A DNA stretch of 64,000 nt from an uncultured Rikenella sp. (GTDB taxonomy: Bacteria > Bacteroidota > Bacteroidia > Bacteroidales > VadinHA17). Positions 42,295 through 51,947 of this stretch are shown in pieces (position 1 is the first letter of the stretch; each line of letters begins with the position of its first letter). The stretch spans positions 6,452 through 70,451 of the forward strand of contig CAYPKP010000001.1 in NCBI GenBank assembly GCA_964411345.1. Direction: 5' to 3'. Position numbers and translations under genes: made by a program. Below the pieces are notes generated by a model. The model was not told the origin of the DNA. It saw only the letters and a list, made by a program, of their open reading frames with translations, and ran no database searches.

Positions 42295-45108
42295 ATGAGA
42301 AAGAGCATTAAAACCGTACTGCTGGCAGTTGCATCACTCCTTGTGCTGGCACTGGCACTCGCCATAATAATTCCATTTGCCTTCAGGGACCAGATAAGGG
42401 AACGTGTGGAATCCGGGATCAATGGCATGATAAATGCGCGGGTCTCCTTCTCAGGCTACAAATTAAGTCTGATCAGGACATTTCCCAATGCTGCATTCAC
42501 CCTCCGGGACCTCCAGGTGACAGGCATGGATGAATTCAGCGGTGACACACTGGCCTCTGTTGAATCTTTCGGGCTGGTATTCAACCTCATGAGTCTCTTT
42601 GGTGACAGGGGATATGAGATCAGGTCCGTCGCTGTTGAACGGCCGGTGGTCAATGCCGTTGTACTTGAGAACGGGATGGCCAACTGGGATATAATGAAGG
42701 AGGCTGAGGAGGAGGGGGGAGCAAGTGCGTCAGACAATCTGTCATCAGCAGAGCCGGCGGAGGCATCCCCTCTGAAGGTGGCCCTGAACAGATTCACCAT
42801 ACGGGAGGGGCGGCTCCGTTATACTGACCGTGAATCAGCGATGGCAGCCTCAGTGAAGGGGCTTGATTTCAACCTGTCAGGAAAGATGAGTGGTTCACGT
42901 ACAGTGCTCGACATGGATCTCTCCGCCACTGAAGTTGATTTCGAAATGGAGGGTCTCTCTTACCTCACTGATGCAAGTGTGGAGTTCAGGGCGGCAGTTG
43001 ACGCCCTCATCGATTCCATGAAATTCACACTTGAAGATAACATATTGAAGATCAATGATCTGACATTGAAGCTCGAGGGTATGGCAGCAATGCCTGATGA
43101 TGATATTGAGCTTGATCTGGTCTTCAGCACCCCTGAAACATCCTTCAAGTCATTGCTCTCCCTTGTGCCCGCCTTTTACATGAAAGGATACGAGGATCTC
43201 AGTGCAACGGGTACGATGGCCCTGGAAGGGGCCGCCAGGGGTGTTTACAGCTCCGCTGACACCACTCTGCCAGACATATCGGTCAGGCTGCGGGTAAATG
43301 ACGGAGTTATCAGCTATCCCGGCCTGCCCGAAAAGATCTCCTCCATCAGCATTTACGGTAAGGTTCTGACCGACGGGAAGAATGTGGACAACACCACTGT
43401 TGAGGTCAATCGCTTTCACTTCGAGCTGGCAGGCAATCCTTTTGACCTGACACTGGCTCTTGCAACGCCGGTCAGTGATCCTGAGGTGGCGGCTACCGCA
43501 AGGGGAAAGATTGACCTGGCGAAGCTGCAGCAGGCCATTCCCCTGGACAGCCTGACCCTCAACGGCCTGATCGATGTCTCGCTTGACCTGGCCGGACGGA
43601 TGTCAACGATTGAGAACAGGCAATATGAGCAGTTCCGGGCAGCCGGTCAGCTCCGGCTCTCCGACGTGGCTGTAAAAATGGCTGCAATGCCTGACATTCA
43701 GATAGGTGATGCTGCCCTCAACTTCAGTCCCGCCCGGGCCGAGCTCACCGGAATGAATGCCGTAGTAGGGAAGAGGAGTGACCTCAGACTGTCCGGCATG
43801 CTGGAGAACTATATTCCCTACCTCTTTTCTGACGGAACCCTGAAGGGCAACCTGGCCCTGAGCTCGCAGTTCATCGACCTGAATGAAATACTGGACTATA
43901 TGCCTTCAGACAGTGTCGAAACTGATACCGCAGCCATGGAGGTGATAAGGATACCCGACAACCTGGATCTCACCTTCAGTGCCAGGGCGGGAAAGCTTGA
44001 ATACGGCCACCTTTCCGCAGGTGATGTCAGGGGCAGCATAACTGTCCGTGACGGTGTGGTCACGGTCAGCGAGACAGGGATGAATGCCCTTGGAGGCTCT
44101 CTGGTTGTAAATGCAGCCTATGATACCCGTGACACCCTCAAACCATTGGTGGATGCGGGGGTACTCATCAGTGCCGTTGATATCAGGGAGGCCTTCAAGG
44201 CCTTCAATACAGTGCGCATGTTCATGCCGGCAGCATCGGGACTGGATGGGAACATAACAGTGAAAATGGATTTCAACAGCATACTTGGCAGCGGCATGAT
44301 GCCCCTGGCAAATACCATGTCAGGCTCAGGAGAGATAAGCTCGGAGTCGGTGCAGATACTTGACTCAAAGAGCTTTGACATGATGAAAAGCGTGCTTAAG
44401 ATGGATCAGGCCTATACCAACGTGATGAAGGACCTGAAGGCAACCTTCATCATAGATGACGGACGACTCTTTATCAAGCCCTTTGATACACGTATCGGGA
44501 ACATAAGACTCAATATCTCGGGTGACCAGGGACTGGATCGAACGCTCAATTACCTCATCAGGACGGAGATTCCCCGTTCGGAGCTGGGAGGGTCAGCCGA
44601 AGCTCTCATGGGAGCACTCTCTTCCCAGGCTGCGGTATTCGGACTGTCACTGACCCCTCCGGAGATCATCAAGGTAAACCTGAATGTCAGCGGCACACTG
44701 ACTGACCCGATTATCAGGCCTGTTTTTGCAGGGGGGAGCGGAACCAGCATGGTGAAATCGGTGACTGACACGGTCAGGGCGGAAGTGACGGAACGGGTCG
44801 CCGAGGCTGCGGCAAAGCAGGCTGAAAAGATCCTCGCAGAGGCTGAGGAGAAGGCGGATATGCTCCGTGATGAAGCGGAGAAGTCGGCGAAGGTGATACG
44901 GTCAGAGGCTGACCTCCAGGGGAAGAAGCTGATCAGTGAAGCAGAGTCGAGGGGTCCCGTCGCCCTTCTGGCTGCCAGGAAGGCAGCGGAAGCTCTCAAC
45001 AGGGAGGCCGACAGGCGGGCCACTCAGCTGGTGACGGAGGCAGACAGGAGGGCAGGCCAGATACTGGCAGAAGCCAGGGCAAAGGCTGACGGGCTCCTGA
45101 AACAGTGA
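42295..45108 (+). CDS. AsmA-family outer-membrane biogenesis protein
   Basis: 937 aa. N-terminal anchor MRKSIKTVLLAVASLLVLALALAIII, then a long beta-rich AsmA-like region. The C-terminal ~110 aa are an Ala/Glu/Lys/Arg-rich coiled coil. Confidence 0.75.
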   Translation: MRKSIKTVLLAVASLLVLALALAIIIPFAFRDQIRERVESGINGMINARVSFSGYKLSLIRTFPNAAFTLRDLQVTGMDEFSGDTLASVESFGLVFNLMSLFGDRGYEIRSVAVERPVVNAVVLENGMANWDIMKEAEEEGGASASDNLSSAEPAEASPLKVALNRFTIREGRLRYTDRESAMAASVKGLDFNLSGKMSGSRTVLDMDLSATEVDFEMEGLSYLTDASVEFRAAVDALIDSMKFTLEDNILKINDLTLKLEGMAAMPDDDIELDLVFSTPETSFKSLLSLVPAFYMKGYEDLSATGTMALEGAARGVYSSADTTLPDISVRLRVNDGVISYPGLPEKISSISIYGKVLTDGKNVDNTTVEVNRFHFELAGNPFDLTLALATPVSDPEVAATARGKIDLAKLQQAIPLDSLTLNGLIDVSLDLAGRMSTIENRQYEQFRAAGQLRLSDVAVKMAAMPDIQIGDAALNFSPARAELTGMNAVVGKRSDLRLSGMLENYIPYLFSDGTLKGNLALSSQFIDLNEILDYMPSDSVETDTAAMEVIRIPDNLDLTFSARAGKLEYGHLSAGDVRGSITVRDGVVTVSETGMNALGGSLVVNAAYDTRDTLKPLVDAGVLISAVDIREAFKAFNTVRMFMPAASGLDGNITVKMDFNSILGSGMMPLANTMSGSGEISSESVQILDSKSFDMMKSVLKMDQAYTNVMKDLKATFIIDDGRLFIKPFDTRIGNIRLNISGDQGLDRTLNYLIRTEIPRSELGGSAEALMGALSSQAAVFGLSLTPPEIIKVNLNVSGTLTDPIIRPVFAGGSGTSMVKSVTDTVRAEVTERVAEAAAKQAEKILAEAEEKADMLRDEAEKSAKVIRSEADLQGKKLISEAESRGPVALLAARKAAEALNREADRRATQLVTEADRRAGQILAEARAKADGLLKQ

Positions 45109-45110
45109 TG

Positions 45111-45143
45111 CAAAAAAAAGGGTGCCTCTGCTGAGACACCCTT
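45111..45143 (-). terminator. Rho-independent terminator of rplS
   Basis: Minus strand reads AAGGGTG-(12-nt loop)-CACCCTT running into TTTTTTTTG, 20 nt after the rplS stop. Confidence 0.65.
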
Positions 45144-45162
45144 CCGTGTGCAAGTTCGACGG

Positions 45163-45513
45163 CTAGAAGATTTTTTCCTTTATGCGGGCCTTCTTGCCGG
45201 TGAGATTTCTGAGGTAGAAGATGCGTGCCCTGCGCACCTTGCCGTATTTGTTCACTTCTATCTTGTCAATGAAGGGTGAAGATACCGGGAAAATCCTCTC
45301 AACGCCTATGTTGCCCGACATCTTGCGCACTGTGAAGGTAGCCGTCAGTCCGGCTCCTCCTGATCTCTGAATGACCACTCCGCGGTACTGCTGTACCCTC
45401 TCCTTGTTGCCTTCCCTGATCTTGTAGTGCACAGTAACAGTGTCTCCTGCCTTGAATCTGGGAAACTCATTGCTGCTGGCGTATTCCTTCTCAACTACTT
45501 TCATTAAGTCCAT
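45163..45513 (-). CDS. rplS: 50S ribosomal protein L19
   Basis: 116 aa. [33 protein letters not shown] and RRARIFYLR are classic L19. Confidence 0.95.
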   Translation of the reverse strand: MDLMKVVEKEYASSNEFPRFKAGDTVTVHYKIREGNKERVQQYRGVVIQRSGGAGLTATFTVRKMSGNIGVERIFPVSSPFIDKIEVNKYGKVRRARIFYLRNLTGKKARIKEKIF

Positions 45514-45612
45514 TGCGAAAATAAATTTATGATCTCTACTCTTTTAAAACAGGTCGCAAAGGTACAAAATAAATTTCATTATCTGCAAATTAAAAATCAA
45601 CGTCACGGACAG

Positions 45613-47328
45613 TCAATGACCTGCACCGTCAGGCATCCTGAGCTTATCTCCGGCATCAAGTACTATCCTCATGTACCAATCCTGTGAATAGCCGGGCTGT
45701 TTTAACTCGGGAGCGACATATTTATAGCCCTCCGGCAGTTCTCTCCTGGTTTTAATATTTCCATCCATATACTTGGTAAACAGGTGCTTATAGAGCTCTC
45801 TCCACTCCTTCACGGTATTATTGCCGGCATCAACAGAGTATTTGGTTATCAGTTCGGCACCCTTTTTTGCGGCTGACCTGGCGCTGCTTCTGAAGAGCTC
45901 TGCGGCCTGTCTGTCGATCTCGGCCGTTTCGGTGATATATTTCTGTTCCAGCTCCTTCTGTTTGGCCTGAAGGTCGGGAGTCATGACGTTGGTGCGGCTG
46001 TAAACGAAGTTGGTGACCTCGTTGAAGACCCAGAAGGCTGCATCGTCGCTGTAGGTCATGATATTGCCGTTACCCACTGCAAATGAGTGAGGGATCTCGG
46101 TCATGCCGCAGTACATCGGGGTATAGACTGTATAGTAGGTGTCATCGACGCCGAACCATATGATTCCGCCCACGGGGTCAGGCAGCCAGTTGCGCGACTG
46201 TGCGACGAACGAGAATCCTGTCTGCTGGGTTGAGGTGGCTCTCTCGTGCAGATAGTTTTTGCCGTCGACGCTCCAGGTCATCGGCCTCCATCTGACGGTG
46301 CTGAGGTATGGTCCTGCCCCGACATCCCTGGTCATGTCCATGGGTGTGCCCTGGTAATAGTCGCGCATGAGTCCCATCACATCAGCCACGCTGAGTTTCC
46401 TGTCAGGCTTGATCCAGAGGGGCATGCGGCGGCTGAGGTCGTGCCCCATGGCATAGTCTGCATACTCGCCCATGGAGCCGTTGACCCTGTTGAAGGCAGC
46501 CCAGACCCTGGCCTCGCAGAAGCGGGCTCCGCTGAAATCCACCGGTGCAAATACGTCGCTGAAGCTGAAGTTGGCGTCGGTGCCGCTGTACCATCCGGCT
46601 TCGCGGGCCAGGTCGATCATGTCACCTGCATAGACGGTCTCAACAGCCGGATCTGATATCTTGTCTATCTCATCAGCTGTTATTGAGGTGGTGCCGTCAG
46701 CCAGCGGGAAGGTGGTTATCCTTGCCTGGTTGGCATGGCCTGAGATGTAACCGTCAGGTATCAGGCGTGCAACAAAGGCCATACCCTTTTTGCCGGGACC
46801 CTTGCCTATCAGCTCCATGATCCATACTTCGTCAGGGTCGGAGATTGAGAATGACTCCCCGGAGCTGCAGTAGCCGTATTTTTCAGTTAGCAGAACCATG
46901 TTGCGGATTGCCTCACGGGCGTTTCTGGAGCGCTGGAGGGCCAGGTAGATGAGGCTTCCGTAGTCGATGATGCCATCAGGATTGTGAAGCTCGCTGCGGC
47001 CGCCGTAGGTTGTCTCGCCGATGGCGAGCTGGTGCTGGTTGATGTTACCCACGACAGACCAGGTTTCAGGGGCCTGTTCTATGGTACCCAGGAATTTGCC
47101 CGTATCCCACTCGTATACATCAACCATGGTGCCGGGCTTGTATTTCATGGCGGGCCAGAAATAGAGCTCTCCGTATAGTACATGGGAGTCGGCAGAGTAG
47201 GTGATCATGGTAGATCCGTCCTTTGAGGCCCCTTTGGTAATAAGAAAATTGGTGCAGGCCATGCTTCTCTCCGATGTCAGCGTCAGAAGCAAAAGCAGGC
47301 TCATCATCATTGCGGTGATCCTTTTCAT
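45613..47328 (-). CDS. C69-family dipeptidase (secreted)
   Basis: Signal peptide MKRITAMMMSLLLLLTL, then the N-terminal nucleophile context MACTNFLITKGASKDGSTMITYSADS. ATG at 47328. Confidence 0.85.
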   Translation of the reverse strand: MKRITAMMMSLLLLLTLTSERSMACTNFLITKGASKDGSTMITYSADSHVLYGELYFWPAMKYKPGTMVDVYEWDTGKFLGTIEQAPETWSVVGNINQHQLAIGETTYGGRSELHNPDGIIDYGSLIYLALQRSRNAREAIRNMVLLTEKYGYCSSGESFSISDPDEVWIMELIGKGPGKKGMAFVARLIPDGYISGHANQARITTFPLADGTTSITADEIDKISDPAVETVYAGDMIDLAREAGWYSGTDANFSFSDVFAPVDFSGARFCEARVWAAFNRVNGSMGEYADYAMGHDLSRRMPLWIKPDRKLSVADVMGLMRDYYQGTPMDMTRDVGAGPYLSTVRWRPMTWSVDGKNYLHERATSTQQTGFSFVAQSRNWLPDPVGGIIWFGVDDTYYTVYTPMYCGMTEIPHSFAVGNGNIMTYSDDAAFWVFNEVTNFVYSRTNVMTPDLQAKQKELEQKYITETAEIDRQAAELFRSSARSAAKKGAELITKYSVDAGNNTVKEWRELYKHLFTKYMDGNIKTRRELPEGYKYVAPELKQPGYSQDWYMRIVLDAGDKLRMPDGAGH

Positions 47329-47427
47329 AGTTATAACTTGTTTATTTAAATATTTGACCAATAAATATTTACGTCTCCGATTTATACTCCGGAGCGTTGT
47401 GACAGGCATCAAAAATAACATCTTTAA

Positions 47428-48180
47428 TTAAATAACAACACCCCTGAGATTCATAATTACGGCCTTTATTCGCTCCTCGTCGGCTGTTTTGATGACGTAC
47501 TCTGACTGCAGTCGGGGATCGCCCATATATATTCCCTTTCTCCGGAACGTCATGAGGCTCTCTCTCTGCCGCCGGCCTGAGAGGTGGTATTCTGTTGCTC
47601 CGGTGGCGGCAGCCAGCAGGGCTGCATTATATTCGTCTATACCTCCTCCGGGCATTATTAAGATCCTGCCCTGGGAGGCGTCACGCAGTTTTCTGATGAG
47701 CCGGCTTCCCTCGATTGCTGTTTTTGCCTGTCCGGATGTAAGTATCCTTCCTGCACCCGCAGAGATAATATCTTCCAATGCCGTCATCGGGTCGCGGCAC
47801 ATATCGAAGGCTCTGTGAAAGGTGACGCTCATGGGTGATGCATATTCAACCAGGAGTGCAGTACGCTCAACATCCACGTTTCCGTCGCGCATCAGGATGC
47901 CGGTCACTATGCCCTCTGCGCCCTTCTCTCCGGCTGTGTCTATTTCGCGTCGCATGACCCCGAAGTCTCTGTCGCTGTAGAGAAAATCCCCGCTCCTGGG
48001 CCTGACCAGTACATGCATCCTTACAGAGGTGTTGCTGCGGACAGCTTCTATAAGCCCGGCGGCGGGAGTGACACCTCCTTCGACGAGGGCCGAGCAAAGC
48101 TCTATTCTTCCTGCCCCGGCAGCTTCGGCAACAATTGCTGACTCAACTGAGTCGACGCATATTTCTACCAGAAAAGACAA
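47428..48180 (-). CDS. cutC: Copper homeostasis protein CutC
   Basis: 250 aa. VEICVDSVESA...AGAGRIELCSAL..GG.TP and the TIM-barrel pattern. Apparent TTG start. Confidence 0.85.
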   Translation of the reverse strand: MSFLVEICVDSVESAIVAEAAGAGRIELCSALVEGGVTPAAGLIEAVRSNTSVRMHVLVRPRSGDFLYSDRDFGVMRREIDTAGEKGAEGIVTGILMRDGNVDVERTALLVEYASPMSVTFHRAFDMCRDPMTALEDIISAGAGRILTSGQAKTAIEGSRLIRKLRDASQGRILIMPGGGIDEYNAALLAAATGATEYHLSGRRQRESLMTFRRKGIYMGDPRLQSEYVIKTADEERIKAVIMNLRGVVI

Positions 48181-48335
48181 TTCTTCAGATCAAGGCTTTG
48201 AAAGTACATATTATTTAGATAATATTGTGTTACCTGAATTATTAAAAAAATGAAACACCCATCTATCACAAGGCATGCCGTTAATGAGATAATTACATGG
48301 GAGTTGCATCATACCTTATGAATAAAAAAAATATC

Positions 48336-49238
48336 ATGATGAAACCTACATTATTGGTACTGGCTGCCGGAATGGGCAGCAGATACGGTGGCAACAAGCA
48401 GCTTGACCAGGTCGGTCCCTCCGGTGAAACGATCATTGACTATTCCATTTATGATGCCAGGAGGGCCGGTTTCGGCAAGGTTGTCTTCGTGATCCGCCGC
48501 GACATTGAGGAGCAGTTCAGGGAGACCTTTGTCCGGAGACTCAGGGATGTGATAGAGATAGATTATGTCTTCCAGGAGCTGGGCAATCTGCCTGCAGGCT
48601 ACACCGTTCCCGAGGGGCGTCAGAAGCCCTGGGGCACCAGCCATGCCATACTGGTCACAGAGCCCAGGATACATGAGCCTTTCGGGGTCATCAATGCAGA
48701 TGACTATTACGGTTATGATGCCTTTAAAGTGCTTCATAGATTCCTGACAGAGGATAAGGACGATACCAATTTCTGCATCGTGGGCTACCGGCTGGGCAAC
48801 ACCCTTTCAGACCACGGTCATGTCAACAGGGGCATTTGCAAGGTGAGCGACGAGGGTTTTCTGCAGCACATGGTGGAGACCCGGGGTATAGAAAAGAGGC
48901 CTGACGGCGTCTTCGCTCCCGATGCGCAAGGGAACATCAGGCAGTATACCGGTGACGAGATAGTCTCAATGAATCTCTTTGGTTTCAAGCCTTCGGTTTA
49001 CAAATACCTCAACATGGAGTTCAGCAACTTCCTTGACGAGAGGATCACCGACCCGAAGGCAGAACTTGACATTCCTACATCACTCGACAAGTTTGTAAAG
49101 AAGGGTGAGATAACCATCCAGATACTGAGGAGCGACAGCCACTGGTTCGGTGTGACCTACAGGGAGGATAAGCCGTTTGTTGTGGAGAGCATCAGCAAGA
49201 TGGTTGACGAGGGACTTTATCCTGCAAAGCTGTTCTGA
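48336..49238 (+). CDS. Sugar-phosphate nucleotidyltransferase
   Basis: N-terminal LVLAAGMGSRYGGNKQL (G-x-G-x-R-x-n-K NTP-transferase loop). About 300 aa from the ATG at 48336. Confidence 0.75.
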   Translation: MMKPTLLVLAAGMGSRYGGNKQLDQVGPSGETIIDYSIYDARRAGFGKVVFVIRRDIEEQFRETFVRRLRDVIEIDYVFQELGNLPAGYTVPEGRQKPWGTSHAILVTEPRIHEPFGVINADDYYGYDAFKVLHRFLTEDKDDTNFCIVGYRLGNTLSDHGHVNRGICKVSDEGFLQHMVETRGIEKRPDGVFAPDAQGNIRQYTGDEIVSMNLFGFKPSVYKYLNMEFSNFLDERITDPKAELDIPTSLDKFVKKGEITIQILRSDSHWFGVTYREDKPFVVESISKMVDEGLYPAKLF

Positions 49239-49269
49239 GGAGGGGCTGCTTCAGGATATTCATCTTTGG

Positions 49270-50985
49270 CTACCACCTGAATTCACTTCTCAGTACGGTG
49301 CTGTTGCCGCAGTTGTCTTTAACCGTGAGCTCCATGGTGTGAACGCTGTTTTGCTTCAGGCGTGCAGAGGCAGGTCTGTAGATGAGCAGGTTGTTCTTGG
49401 CGTCGTACTCGGCCAGGAACCATTGGCCGTCAATAAGAGTCTCATAGCTTCCGATGCCGGAGAACTCATCGGTGATCGTCACCGTGAAGAGACGTTTGCC
49501 GGTGAGGTCTGCTCCAGTGCCAAATGAAGGCTTTATCACCGGAGGGAGGGTGTCTATGGCCACGGCGTAATCACCCAGCCTGTTGACATCAGCCGTAACG
49601 TAGCCGTAACTGAATCTGCCTCCGGAGTATGAGGGCTTGCCTTTGCTGTCGATCATCGCCAGGCACAGTTTATCCTCCATGCCGGGTATAAGAGTGTCAG
49701 GCCTGACAGAGAGCCTGTATCTGTCGTGTACCGGCACGGTCTCATTATGGACGGAATGTACGGGAGAGAGCAGGTCGCGGCTGCCCTTGCGCACATTGTA
49801 CATCAGGAAGAGAGTATCATAGAAGGCTCCTGCCGGGAAATGTATCCTTAACCCGTCAGCGGTGAAGTCGGACGACTTTCCGTATGGGAGTATTTTGCTG
49901 CACTCTGCCGGAGCAGCGGCGACGAGAGGCTTCGGCGCGGACCTGAGCCTGAATGCCACCCATGACCTGTTGCCTGAGGCGTCCGTCACTATGATCCGGA
50001 TATCATGGTCGCGGTCGTCGCCGAAGCTCAGGACACCTCTGCTGACATGGCCGTCATACATCGAGAGCCTGTTGCCGGGCTGTATGAAGAGCCTGTGTAT
50101 GTATTCGTTTGCTGAGACTTTGGCGGCGTAGTCGATATGGCTGTTTATGTATCTCGATTCGCTGTATGTGAACCGGTCGGCAGTGAAGCCATAGACCTTC
50201 AGTCCGTCAACCAGCATCTCCAGCGAGTATATCCCGCACCTGTTGGAGCTGTTGTCAAAGCTGTCCCAGCATTTAATTCCCACGCCTGTCTCTCCTGCGA
50301 TGACGGGCAGGTCGGAGGAGGCGATGCCATATGATCCGTCAGCCGGAACAGCCTTCAGTGTAAGGCTGGCATAGCGGCCGTTCACCGTTGAGCTTCGGGA
50401 GAGAGGGTAGAGTATAACCTTATCTATCACCGGCCTTTTGGTGTCACTGACACCAAAGTCAAAGTCCAGCGGGTTGACCGGCTCCTCGGTTGCCGAGTCG
50501 CGCAGCTCGAAATGCAGGTGAGGCCCCGAGGAGCCGCCTGTGTTTCCCGACCAGGCTATCACCTCACCCCGCTCAACACGGAACTGGTTGCGCTGAGGGA
50601 AGAGGGAGACCGCAAAGCTTTTCATCTCGTACTGCCTGTTCTCAACATACTCTTCAATATCGGGACGGAAGCTTCTCAGGTGGGCATAGACCGATGAGTA
50701 GCCGGAAGGGTGCCTCACATAGAGTGCCCTGCCGAAGCCTCCGGGGCTGACGGCTATCCTGTAGACATAGCCTCCGTCAACGGCCAGGACATCCTTGCCC
50801 GTCACTCCGCCCGTCCTGTAGTCTATGCCGGAATGAAAGTGATCACTTCTCAGTTCGGCGAAGCTGGCAGAGAGCGAAGGGGCATCGCGCAGGGGACTGA
50901 CAAAGAGATTCGCATCGGATACCTGTGAACCAACAAGGTTTGAGATTGTTAAAGCAGCAACAACAAGTAAATTTCTTTTATTCAT
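49270..50985 (-). CDS. M23-family metallopeptidase (secreted, multidomain)
   Basis: HFHSGIDYR (HxxxD) and GGSSGPHLHFELRD (HxH). Signal peptide from the ATG at 50985 (MNKRNLLVVAALTISNLVG). Confidence 0.8.
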   Translation of the reverse strand: MNKRNLLVVAALTISNLVGSQVSDANLFVSPLRDAPSLSASFAELRSDHFHSGIDYRTGGVTGKDVLAVDGGYVYRIAVSPGGFGRALYVRHPSGYSSVYAHLRSFRPDIEEYVENRQYEMKSFAVSLFPQRNQFRVERGEVIAWSGNTGGSSGPHLHFELRDSATEEPVNPLDFDFGVSDTKRPVIDKVILYPLSRSSTVNGRYASLTLKAVPADGSYGIASSDLPVIAGETGVGIKCWDSFDNSSNRCGIYSLEMLVDGLKVYGFTADRFTYSESRYINSHIDYAAKVSANEYIHRLFIQPGNRLSMYDGHVSRGVLSFGDDRDHDIRIIVTDASGNRSWVAFRLRSAPKPLVAAAPAECSKILPYGKSSDFTADGLRIHFPAGAFYDTLFLMYNVRKGSRDLLSPVHSVHNETVPVHDRYRLSVRPDTLIPGMEDKLCLAMIDSKGKPSYSGGRFSYGYVTADVNRLGDYAVAIDTLPPVIKPSFGTGADLTGKRLFTVTITDEFSGIGSYETLIDGQWFLAEYDAKNNLLIYRPASARLKQNSVHTMELTVKDNCGNSTVLRSEFRW

Positions 50986-51103
50986 AGCCAAATGGAAACG
51001 TCTCTGTGCAAAACTATAGTTATGATTCAACAGGGCAAACTTAATGCCATCTTTTTTTGAAAAGAGCAAAAGAAACGTTACTTTTGTCCTATAGTTGTCA
51101 GTT

Positions 51104-51397
51104 ATGGATCCAAAGGGATATGAAGAGTATCTAATACTCAGAAGATCAGTCGAAAGCCTGGTTTACGAGTATGAAAAAATGGTTGAGCTGACAGCCAATT
51201 TGAAGGATGAACTGTCAGCTGTCAAACAGCAGCTGGCTGAAAAAAATGAAGAAGTAAAGGAGCTTCAAACAAGATATGAAAGAGCGAAGTTCTCGGGGGC
51301 GATCCTCGGGAGCGGGGAGGATGCCTTGACGGCGAGGAAGAGAGTGAGTGAACTTGTGCGGGAGATAGATAAATGTATTGCTCTTTTAGACAGATAA
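51104..51397 (+). CDS. Small coiled-coil protein (ZapB-like by context)
   Basis: 97 aa from the ATG at 51104. Heptad-rich LKDELSAVKQQLAEKNEEVKELQTRYERAK. Lies immediately upstream of zapA. Confidence 0.5.
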   Translation: MDPKGYEEYLILRRSVESLVYEYEKMVELTANLKDELSAVKQQLAEKNEEVKELQTRYERAKFSGAILGSGEDALTARKRVSELVREIDKCIALLDR

Positions 51398-51407
51398 TTA
51401 TATAGCA

Positions 51408-51698
51408 ATGGATGATAAACTTTCGATCAGGGTCAATGTGGCCGACAGATATTATCCGTTGAAGGTTGAGGGTGAAAATGAAGAACGTATCCGCAAGGCA
51501 GCGAGGCTGATCAATGAGAAGGTGCTGCAATACAAGCAGCGCTACGTTGACAAGGACACACAGGATTTCCTGGCCATGGCGGCACTGCAATACGTTATCA
51601 GGCTCATGGAGATAGAGGAGAGGGAGGAGGAGAGTTCAGTCGTGGACGGACTGAAGGAGCTGACTGAGAAGATCAACCTCTGTCTGTCGAAGAAGTAG
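51408..51698 (+). CDS. zapA: Cell division protein ZapA
   Basis: 96 aa. N-terminal IRVNVADRYYPLKVEGENEERIRKAARLINEKV fits the ZapA domain, followed by a C-terminal coiled coil. Confidence 0.8.
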   Translation: MDDKLSIRVNVADRYYPLKVEGENEERIRKAARLINEKVLQYKQRYVDKDTQDFLAMAALQYVIRLMEIEEREEESSVVDGLKELTEKINLCLSKK

Positions 51699-51780
51699 AT
51701 ACGCGTTCTTTAAAATAGCAGGATATTGCCCGCATTGTTTCTCTATTCGTTTTGGAAACTCAACAATTTAAACTTTGGAG

Positions 51781-51897
51781 TTGGTCTTGGTTTGCCTAGG
51801 ACAGGCCTCGTCACGGTTCGCCGTGATCCCGTTTCGGCGGGACGGTGGAAGCCCGAAGCAGGACGGCCGCTTCAACCATGTAGATATGGGGTTTTTT
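51781..51897 (+). ncRNA. Candidate structured RNA (sRNA or rny 5' leader), family unknown
   Basis: GC-rich island in an AT-rich 249-nt spacer. Consecutive hairpins: GTCTTGG/CCTAGGAC; TCACGG-TTCG-CCGTGA (UUCG tetraloop, 51811-51826); TCCCG-TTTCGG-CGGGA (51827-51842); GAAGC..GCTTC with inner CCG/CGG (51848-51873). It then runs CCAT-GTAGAT-ATGG GGTTTTTT. Confidence 0.25.
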
Positions 51898-51947
51898 AAA
51901 AGTTGGAGGAACTCTGCGGGTTTTTTTATACTAACAAATTCAAAATT

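Noticed and set aside
51841-51873. SRP (4.5S) RNA helix-8-like string GGTGGAAGCCCGAAGCAGG
   Set aside because: A GGAA tetraloop and an AGCA are present, but when aligned on the tetraloop the AGCA is displaced by 3 nt relative to the conserved symmetric loop. The flanks do not form the long 5'/3' closing helix of SRP RNA.
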